Shown here piece after piece: positions 8,550-14,867 of a stretch of DNA of 35,564 nucleotides (the stretch's first letter is position 1; each line of letters starts with the position of its first letter). The notes below the pieces were generated by a model. It had not been told where the DNA came from, ran no database searches, and saw nothing but the letters and a program-made list of their open reading frames with translations. Origin of the DNA: a virus (taxonomy: Duplodnaviria > Caudoviricetes); the IMG/VR virus record IMGVR_UViG_3300037558_000833, positions 1 through 35,564 of that record; one strand, 5' to 3'. Both the position numbers and the translations under genes were made by a program.

Positions 8550-8855
8550 ATGAAACAAACAATAAATTTCTACACTTTCCGCGATGCCTTCCGCGCCATA
8601 CGTCCAGACAACTTCAGCGCGGAAGGTCTTTCTGTGCTCTTCGACCACCTAGAGCAATACGAAGAAGACTGCGGGCAGGAACTGGAGCTTGACGTTATCG
8701 CGTTTTGCTGTGAATACAGCGAACACACCTTGGAAGAAGCCAACCGTAATCACGGTTGGGAGTTTGAGACAATTGACGAACTCACAGAGCATCTAAGCTA
8801 CGAAACGTATGTATGCGGCATGACAGACACGACCGTTGTTTTTCAAAGTTTCTAA
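8550..8855 (+). CDS. Small acidic hypothetical protein (101 aa)
   Basis: ATG 8550. 22 D/E versus 5 K/R. NFS..GL..LF..LE...ELDVIA.CC.Y.E pattern of the kind seen in phage early genes. Confidence 0.85.
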   Translation: MKQTINFYTFRDAFRAIRPDNFSAEGLSVLFDHLEQYEEDCGQELELDVIAFCCEYSEHTLEEANRNHGWEFETIDELTEHLSYETYVCGMTDTTVVFQSF

Positions 8856-8870
8856 CCAACAAAGGACAAC

Positions 8871-9131
8871 ATGGAAATTTTAAATTTTGACACAGACACA
8901 GACGCCGGATTTGCTTGGATTATTGTGCCGCAATCCCACGGTACAGAAACTTGGACGGTTCAATGCTGTTTAACAGATAACGGAGAAATAATTGTGGAGG
9001 ACTGTGGACACAATGAAGGCATTTGCGGTGACAACAATGAAGCTCCTTTTGCTTTCTGGGGAGAGAACCGTTGCATGACGGCTTTATTCAGACATGCCAG
9101 ATCAGCAGGGATTACAGTCATTGGACTATAA
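8871..9131 (+). CDS. Small acidic Cys-containing hypothetical protein
   Basis: AAGGA RBS. 86 aa with 13 D/E and no Lys. Confidence 0.8.
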   Translation: MEILNFDTDTDAGFAWIIVPQSHGTETWTVQCCLTDNGEIIVEDCGHNEGICGDNNEAPFAFWGENRCMTALFRHARSAGITVIGL

Positions 9132-9177
9132 CCACCACACAGCCCGCCAGTGTGCGGGCATCACCAACACAGGCGAT

Positions 9178-9408
9178 ATGACACACAAAGAAATTGCTCA
9201 AGCACTGACAAAAGCACGTGGCATTTACTACCAGACCAGCGAACCGCCTACATTTGAAGACTTGCTGGAAATGGTAGAAGAAGCCGACAATGCGTTAGCT
9301 GATTCGTTTGGACGTTATGATCATGTGACGATCCAAGCAGTTGTGCGTAAAATGCTGAAAGAAGCTGATTCAGCTTCCCGTATCTGCGCCAATCCACACA
9401 CGATTTAA
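9178..9408 (+). CDS. Small helical hypothetical protein (76 aa)
   Basis: ATG 9178 with AGG RBS after a GC hairpin. Confidence 0.75.
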   Translation: MTHKEIAQALTKARGIYYQTSEPPTFEDLLEMVEEADNALADSFGRYDHVTIQAVVRKMLKEADSASRICANPHTI

Positions 9409-9470
9409 TTTTTTGCAGTGGCGTTGCGTCCTAGGTGGCGTTGCGTCCTGCACTTCTAACCTAAAAACTT

Positions 9471-9650
9471 ATGACTGCTGAAGAATTCCGCGACAGCCGC
9501 AAAGCGCTTGGCTTGTCTATGGCAGCTGCGTCCCGTCGCTGCAAAATACCCTACCGAACTTGGCAAGCCTGGGAAGACGGCACCAACCGTGTTCCGAACT
9601 ACGCATTCTGTTTCCTGTTCTACCTGCGCCATACATCACCCACTCAGTGA
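9471..9650 (+). CDS. XRE-family HTH protein (59 aa), Aca2-N-terminal-like
   Basis: Read directly, not in track: MTAEEFRDSRKALGLSMAAASRRCKIPYRTWQAWEDGTNRVPNYAFCFLFYLRHTSPTQ. Confidence 0.85.
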   Translation: MTAEEFRDSRKALGLSMAAASRRCKIPYRTWQAWEDGTNRVPNYAFCFLFYLRHTSPTQ

Positions 9651-9986
9651 CGTTGCGTCCACAGGAGTGGCGTTGCGTCTCGCCAGCTCTAACAGCCTGG
9701 GTAGGTACTTGCGCCCAAGCTCTGTGACTTTCTGCTTGTCCAACACCTGTGCTGCTGGTGACGTTGCGGCTGGCTGTGTTCGCAGCACTTTCCAGATTTG
9801 CCCCTGTGTTGGCAGATAGCGGTCTTCTGTGCTGAAGAGTAACTGGCGTTGCGCCCGCTCAAAGTCTTCATCGCTGACGGTTTTAAAAACTTCAAACCAC
9901 TCTGAGGCTTGGTCGCTTGTAATAGTCCGACCAGTGTTCGCCGCCCAACTCTTCAGTGATCGGGCTATCGTTTCCCTGCTTGCCAT
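9636..9986 (-). CDS. Putative replicative helicase loader/inhibitor (SPP1 G39P/lambda P position)
   Basis: W...F..V.DE.F..A...L......Y.PT.GQI pattern. Directly follows the initiator. GAGG RBS. Confidence 0.6.
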   Translation of the reverse strand: MASRETIARSLKSWAANTGRTITSDQASEWFEVFKTVSDEDFERAQRQLLFSTEDRYLPTQGQIWKVLRTQPAATSPAAQVLDKQKVTELGRKYLPRLLELARRNATPVDATSLSG

Positions 9987-10737
9987 GATTATCCTCGTTT
10001 AGAAAATTGTCTAAAACGGTTTGGTTTTTTTCATCAGCGCTCTGGTAGCGTGGTGACGTTGCGTTCTGCTTGGGTGCAAAGACGCCAACCCACCCATTCA
10101 TGATGGAAGTATCCAAGCACTGTCGTGCTTCGGCTTCTGAAAAGTCAGCCGCTACTTGTTCAAGCGTTTTCAGGATTCGCGTTTCGGCTAGTGGCGTGAT
10201 TGGTTTCTTGAGCAGTTTGCGATGTTCGGCAAAGTCTTTCCAAAGCTCTGGAAACAACCACGGCGGTAACGCCGAATTTGTTTTTTCTTTTTGGTTTACT
10301 TTTTCTTTATTAGTTTCTTTTAATATAATAGGTACTACATGACCAGAAACGACCTTCTGGTTAAGTAGGCCTACATGACCAGAAACGACCTTCTGGTTTG
10401 GTAGGGATTCTGGCTCTGCAATTTCACCCATGTCTTGAGCCATTTTTTCTCCCTGATTAACGTCCCAGATCCATGAAATTACATGCCCTTGGTCGTTGCG
10501 TTCAGAACGCCTTTCCAGATAGCCTGCTTCTTGTAGTTCGGCTAGGACTTTACGGACACGCAGTCGACCTTCATCACAATGCTTGTGAATCCAGTCAGCG
10601 GTCACCTTGAAGTTGGGTGGATAGGACAGCAGAACAGCAAGCAAGCCCTTCGCTAGTAGGCTCAAGCCGCTGGACTGTAGGACTTTATTGCTGATTTGCG
10701 TGTAGCCGTCACCGGCTGGAACTTGCTTGTGTATCAT
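9892..10737 (-). CDS. Phage replication initiator (lambda O-like)
   Basis: N-terminal winged HTH (YTQISN..L....LS..AKGLL..LLS). Central iteron-encoded repeat. C-terminal P.WL..ELW..F..HR...KP.T...SI.NGW.G.F. Confidence 0.85.
   Translation of the reverse strand: MIHKQVPAGDGYTQISNKVLQSSGLSLLAKGLLAVLLSYPPNFKVTADWIHKHCDEGRLRVRKVLAELQEAGYLERRSERNDQGHVISWIWDVNQGEKMAQDMGEIAEPESLPNQKVVSGHVGLLNQKVVSGHVVPIILKETNKEKVNQKEKTNSALPPWLFPELWKDFAEHRKLLKKPITPLAETRILKTLEQVAADFSEAEARQCLDTSIMNGWVGVFAPKQNATSPRYQSADEKNQTVLDNFLNEDNHGKQGNDSPITEELGGEHWSDYYKRPSLRVV
10275..10398. repeat. Probable replication origin: two 28-bp iterons plus AT-rich tract
   Basis: CTACATGACCAGAAACGACCTTCTGGTT at 10335-10362 and 10371-10398 (36-bp period). 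T-rich tract at about 10275-10330. Lies inside the initiator gene. Confidence 0.75.
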
Positions 10738-10739
10738 GG

Positions 10740-11525
10740 CTAGGCTACTTCTTGAAGGCGTTCCTTCACCTTGGCCTCAAGACTGACAAGCGTCATCTGC
10801 TCTGCCTTACTGATGTCACCACGTTTGACGTAGCTATCCTTCAGCATCCGCGCTTCATCAAGCAGCTCATAGCTCGTTGCACTTTCTATAGCGTTGCGGA
10901 CCAGCTCTAAAGGCTTTAGGTCACTGCGCTCTACTCTGGGCTTCTCAGAAGCGTCAGCAGTCTTTTCTTCCAGTGGTGTCATGATGTCGCCGCCAACAAA
11001 AAGCTGGCGCAAATCAATCGTGGACTCTTCTAAGGCAGTCCAAGGGACAGCTTTGTCTTCCTGCTTGTCCAATTTTTCAATTGAATACTTTGTATCGGTT
11101 TTGGTAGTACCACTGCGAATTGCTGTTATATCATAAAGGTGCGGTGCCCCATGAATTTCAACAAGTTGTTCAACCCTTGTCTGAATTGTTGATTGGTTAA
11201 TCTGCCAACATTGGACAGCTTCCATTGGATAGTTGTAGATAGCCAAAGCCCAAAAATGTTTAATTTCTTCGTAGCCTGCATGGATTAAATCATTTTTATT
11301 GGGCATGGGCACACGATGGGGGCGTTTGATTTGCTGCCCAGTGGTTTGATCCACAACATATTCCCAGCCTTCCCAGCCACGCACTGCCAGCTTCGGGTCA
11401 TTAAAAGAGCCCAGTATTCGCAGTTTTACACCTTGTTTGTTAGAGGCATCCAATTTGAGATAAAGGCCAATCTTGTTTGGGTTGACATAATCTTTAGGTA
11501 GCCCCCAGTCGGTTAGATTGCTCAT
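10740..11525 (-). CDS. Putative single-stranded DNA-binding protein (T4 gp32-like OB fold)
   Basis: YLKL.....KLRILG...GWE.W ... KHFWA..IYNY...Q...I.Q.TI ... YDI...RSG....TKY pattern. Confidence 0.65.
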   Translation of the reverse strand: MSNLTDWGLPKDYVNPNKIGLYLKLDASNKQGVKLRILGSFNDPKLAVRGWEGWEYVVDQTTGQQIKRPHRVPMPNKNDLIHAGYEEIKHFWALAIYNYPMEAVQCWQINQSTIQTRVEQLVEIHGAPHLYDITAIRSGTTKTDTKYSIEKLDKQEDKAVPWTALEESTIDLRQLFVGGDIMTPLEEKTADASEKPRVERSDLKPLELVRNAIESATSYELLDEARMLKDSYVKRGDISKAEQMTLVSLEAKVKERLQEVA

Positions 11526-12019
11526 GTGGTTACTCCTTGATGAGCTGTTATGTAATCAATGTGCGATTCAATCGGATTTAGGGCTGATTGCGGCACCCAG
11601 TAAGCAGGGCGATTTTGGTTTGCTCTATCACCCCAATACTTATATCTCTTGCCGTCACGACCCATAATCCAACCGCGCACCTGATAAACACCGCCTCCTC
11701 CAGTCATTAGGACATACGGTGCATCGTCCAAGTCACGTGGGTGCAGTAACAAACTGCCTTCTGCATGTGATGTGCTGCGAATCTCCCAGCCACCGACATC
11801 GCCTTTAGTCAATTGGTCAGCCTTCCCGGCCCAGTAAAGGTTCATCATTCCAGCGAAAGCCATTTCTGCTAAAGCGCCTTCAATCCTGTTTTGCCAGGCG
11901 TTGCGGTAACCATCTTCTTCAGGCAACTTCTTCTTGATTGCGTACAGATGACGTTGGACACCGACAAAAGCACCCTGTTGAATTTCTGCTTTGCTTAGAC
12001 TGATTTCCATTCCATCCAT
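11522..12019 (-). CDS. Hypothetical protein, probable PD-(D/E)XK-like nuclease fold
   Basis: G.LAE.A ... DV...EIRST pattern. ATGA coupling to the SSB gene. Confidence 0.5.
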   Translation of the reverse strand: MDGMEISLSKAEIQQGAFVGVQRHLYAIKKKLPEEDGYRNAWQNRIEGALAEMAFAGMMNLYWAGKADQLTKGDVGGWEIRSTSHAEGSLLLHPRDLDDAPYVLMTGGGGVYQVRGWIMGRDGKRYKYWGDRANQNRPAYWVPQSALNPIESHIDYITAHQGVTT

Positions 12020-12146
12020 GATAAGGAGCTACCGACACCGTTGCCCTAGATCCTGGGGCGTATTGGTTTGATGCCACATGAAAAACTGCAGAGTTTAACT
12101 GGCTAGGAGCCCAGAAGAGGAACTGCAGAACACCTTGGCCGGTAGC

Positions 12147-13079
12147 TTAAATTTCGGCGTCATATTGGTCGTAGTGCCAGAAATTTTGCGGCACTGCCGT
12201 GTTGGCGTCATCTGCGCCTTGGGGCTGGTATTGCGTAATCAACCCGCCTCGTTTCAAAAAAGCTTCAATTGCGTCAGAGAATGACGTTTCGCCTGGCAGG
12301 ATTTTGCTTAACTTGACCCGCTTTTCCTGCCGTTCGCGTAATTCCTGCCGCCTTTCTTCAGCAGTTTCAGACAACAGCCTTTCATGTGATCTTTTCTGAT
12401 TGCCATACCGGACACTGCAGGCCCTAGAACAATTCATTGCGCGGATATTGTGTGACTTGAACGAAGTGCCACACATCACGCATGTTTTTTCGTGGATCTG
12501 GCGGGCAATCCATTTGTATTTGTTGCGACACGACACAGAACAGTAGACACGCCCAAGTGCGGGTAACGGGCCACCGCATGTCAGGCAGTCTTCACGACTA
12601 TTCGCTTTCAGCCTCAACCAAACCTTGTGTTTTTTTGCCTGTTTGTAGCAGGCGCGGGTGCAGAAATTATGGTTCGCCGACTTCTGAACAAAGAAAGATG
12701 TGCAGTGGGGACACTGCTTCTGCTCTGGCTTCCAAGTGCGAGTTTCCTTTTTCGCTTCCTTGCGCACCCGCGCTTGATTGTAATAGCATTCGGGCTGGCA
12801 ATAACGCTGGTTGTAGCGCTTTAAATGAAAGAACCTGTTGCAATACTCACAACGCTTCCCGCCACGACGTTCCTGTCCTTCTTTCGTTAAAGTGTCGTAG
12901 TAGCACTGTTTACTACAAAATAACCGTTTACCGCCTCTGGGCACGAAACTGTTTCCACATGACTTACAAGGTTGCGACGGCTTCAATTCTTGCTCATACG
13001 CTGACAATAACGACAGACCTTGCTGCCGAATACCCACAGTGGTGGTGTCGTCGTTTTGTAGTTGTTGCAGCCAGGACAC
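12147..13079 (-). CDS. Multi zinc-finger protein (five CxxC...CxxxC units); start may be TTG 12986
   Basis: CKSC..FCSKQC, CEYC..YCQPEC, CPHC..FCTRAC, CLTC..YCSVSC, CVMC..NCSRAC. Confidence 0.85.
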   Translation of the reverse strand: MSWLQQLQNDDTTTVGIRQQGLSLLSAYEQELKPSQPCKSCGNSFVPRGGKRLFCSKQCYYDTLTKEGQERRGGKRCEYCNRFFHLKRYNQRYCQPECYYNQARVRKEAKKETRTWKPEQKQCPHCTSFFVQKSANHNFCTRACYKQAKKHKVWLRLKANSREDCLTCGGPLPALGRVYCSVSCRNKYKWIARQIHEKTCVMCGTSFKSHNIRAMNCSRACSVRYGNQKRSHERLLSETAEERRQELRERQEKRVKLSKILPGETSFSDAIEAFLKRGGLITQYQPQGADDANTAVPQNFWHYDQYDAEI

Positions 13080-13207
13080 AGCCGCAGCTTTGGAACAGAT
13101 TTTTCAGGTATTATTATCTGGCGGTCCAAGCGCTTTGGGGCAGGCGAACTAACCTTTCTGTCTAAATGTTCCAGCCTTTCAGACAACCGCGCTGATAGCC
13201 GTTTCAT
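12983..13207 (-). CDS. Small zinc-ribbon protein
   Basis: CPGC...CRYC. ATGA overlap with the upstream gene. Confidence 0.65.
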   Translation of the reverse strand: MKRLSARLSERLEHLDRKVSSPAPKRLDRQIIIPEKSVPKLRLCPGCNNYKTTTPPLWVFGSKVCRYCQRMSKN

Positions 13208-13554
13208 AACGGACCCTTATTCATGATTTCAGCTAACTTATGAACATCGGGGTCATAGTCCCAGGTCTGGTCATTGAAAGGATCATCACAACGCTGCAAC
13301 CGCTCACTCAGCGACATTTCGGACGGCATGATTGGCGTCAGGTCTTTAGCTTCAGGGCACTTCAAGGCGTGCTTGGCACCGACAAGCTTCCCGCAGTCAC
13401 TGCATTCGTACAGAAAGCAGATAATCTTTAAATCGTTGCGTGCCCGGTACTCCCAGTATCGGTTCTGCCGGTCAAGTCTAGCCGTCTCAGCTAAGAACGC
13501 TTCATAGCGGCCCCGTGCCCGCAAGCGTGACTCTTCAATCTGCTCCTCTGTCAC
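13204..13554 (-). CDS. Hypothetical protein with CSDC...H..C motif
   Basis: GTG start, GGAGG RBS, coupled on both sides. Confidence 0.7.
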   Translation of the reverse strand: MTEEQIEESRLRARGRYEAFLAETARLDRQNRYWEYRARNDLKIICFLYECSDCGKLVGAKHALKCPEAKDLTPIMPSEMSLSERLQRCDDPFNDQTWDYDPDVHKLAEIMNKGPL

Positions 13555-13703
13555 CGGCGTCTATTCCTCCACCACCATTTTACTGTTAAGTATTGGAGAC
13601 GAACCCACCAATATACTTGACGCAGTTTGTAGGGCTTAGGTTTGAGTAGGTTGGATTTGCAGTCTTGGCTTTCCATGTCAAACAAGTATTCAACGCGGGT
13701 CAT
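13551..13703 (-). CDS. Small protein with Trp/Arg-rich C-terminus (50 aa)
   Basis: Read directly, not in track: MTRVEYLFDMESQDCKSNLLKPKPYKLRQVYWWVRLQYLTVKWWWRNRRR. GGAG RBS. GTGA overlap downstream. Confidence 0.7.
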   Translation of the reverse strand: MTRVEYLFDMESQDCKSNLLKPKPYKLRQVYWWVRLQYLTVKWWWRNRRR

Positions 13704-13897
13704 TGGCAACTCCATGTAGTTTTAACATTCATCCAATAGGCTGCAGTGGATATTAAAAAGTTAGGGTCGAACCGCTTTCATCCCATAGCCTTTCATGTCC
13801 AATGAACACATCCATTGAGTCCATTAATTCTGCAGCCTAGTCGATGGCCAGCTTAAGACAGGTGGGCGTTGTCACGGCGCTGGCAGGCCGGTGAGGC

Positions 13898-14080
13898 TCA
13901 CTGTTTGCGAATTGCTTGAAGAGCCGTTTCCATGTCTGCCAGGCGCTGTCTCTGGGAAACAGCCTGTTGCTGGCGTGTCAAGATCGGCAACCCTTGCGCT
14001 TTGGCTAAGTGGTTTAGATCAAGCCTCAAGCCGTGTAACAGGTTCTTGATTTCAACTAATTCAGTTGCTAGGTCGCTCAT
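13898..14080 (-). CDS. Small coiled-coil hypothetical protein
   Basis: AAGGA RBS. ATGA overlap with the cro-like gene. Confidence 0.7.
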   Translation of the reverse strand: MSDLATELVEIKNLLHGLRLDLNHLAKAQGLPILTRQQQAVSQRQRLADMETALQAIRKQ

Positions 14081-14274
14081 GCGGATTCCTTTAAAAGCGC
14101 TTGCAGCAATTCGTCTTTTCGGTTGTGCAAAGCCACGGTTGCTAGCTGTTTTATATCAGCGTTGGTTCTTTCATTTAAAAGCACCTGTCTTACATAACTT
14201 TGGGTAAAACCAGTGGTTTCAGCTAATTTACTTAGGCGGACGCCATAAAATTGGCACTGCCTTAAAAGATTCAT
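14077..14274 (-). CDS. Cro-like HTH regulator
   Basis: LSKLAETTGFTQSYVRQVL HTH. Divergent from the repressor. Confidence 0.75.
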   Translation of the reverse strand: MNLLRQCQFYGVRLSKLAETTGFTQSYVRQVLLNERTNADIKQLATVALHNRKDELLQALLKESA

Positions 14275-14334
14275 GGCAAAAGGATTGCTAGTCTGTTAGA
14301 CTCTGGTTTTGGTTCAAAGCATGTACAGGTTGCT

Positions 14335-14362
14335 TTGTTTTAAAACAATGTTTTATAACAAT
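14335..14362. promoter_or_regulatory. Operator-like tandem palindromes of the lysis/lysogeny switch
   Basis: Perfect TTGTTTTAAAACAA (14335-14348) followed at 13-bp period by TGTTTTATAACAAT, between divergent HTH genes. Confidence 0.6.
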
Positions 14363-14414
14363 ATGCAAACTGAGGAATCTTTTCAAGCACTAATTTTTAA
14401 CCGCGTGGCGATAT

Positions 14415-14849
14415 ATGATTGAACCTCCTGAAATTATTGAACGAATTAATTTTTATGTAAGGCAAAAAGGTGGGAATAAAAGCGCTTTAGCCCGTGATTG
14501 GGGCATTTCACCCAGTCATTTGGGAGTAGTGCTGAAAGGTACAAGGCAAGTTTCGGCAACAATGCTTAAAAATGCTTTAGCACAAGGTTATAATACTGAA
14601 TGGTTGTTGACTGGCGAAGGCTCGCCATATTTAGCGTCTAAAGCCAAAGAAATTGGGCTTCAAACGTCTATTTTTAAACATGGCGAGGACTACCGCGATG
14701 AATTGATATCATCTAAAGATGATGTGATTGCGTTGCTTCGCAAAGAAAACGAAAGACTGGAACAGGAGCTTTTAACAAAAAAAGTACTGGGGGTAGCGAC
14801 CAAGAAGAAAAGCGCGAAAATCGTGCATCTAAAAACAATTAACGGTTAA
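14415..14849 (+). CDS. CI-like XRE repressor without S24 peptidase domain
   Basis: KSALARDWGISPSHL HTH, N.EWLLTGEG motif, C-terminal coiled coil. Confidence 0.85.
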   Translation: MIEPPEIIERINFYVRQKGGNKSALARDWGISPSHLGVVLKGTRQVSATMLKNALAQGYNTEWLLTGEGSPYLASKAKEIGLQTSIFKHGEDYRDELISSKDDVIALLRKENERLEQELLTKKVLGVATKKKSAKIVHLKTING

Positions 14850-14867
14850 TCAGCAATATAGGTTGCT

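Larger units (their letters stand above)
9418..10066 (+). repeat. Dispersed direct repeats GTGRCGTTGCG
   Basis: Copies start at 9418, 9435, 9647, 9667, 9758 and 10053 (exact) and 9843 (1 mismatch). Confidence 0.9.

Noticed and set aside
9418-9680. CRISPR mini-array or Racr-type solitary repeat
   Set aside because: Repeats are 11-15 bp, irregularly spaced, partly in coding sequence, non-palindromic and unlike CRISPR repeats I recognise. No cas genes.
9508-9819. 103-aa + strand ORF from the track
   Set aside because: Shadow frame overlapping the better-supported HTH (9471-9650) and antisense to the loader gene.
13764-13773. T-loop-like GGTTCGACCC suggesting a tRNA
   Set aside because: No cloverleaf around it.
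9636-14274. Autographiviridae-type RNA polymerase, DNA polymerase or primase-helicase
   Set aside because: No such ORF or motif is present despite the T7-like virion genes.
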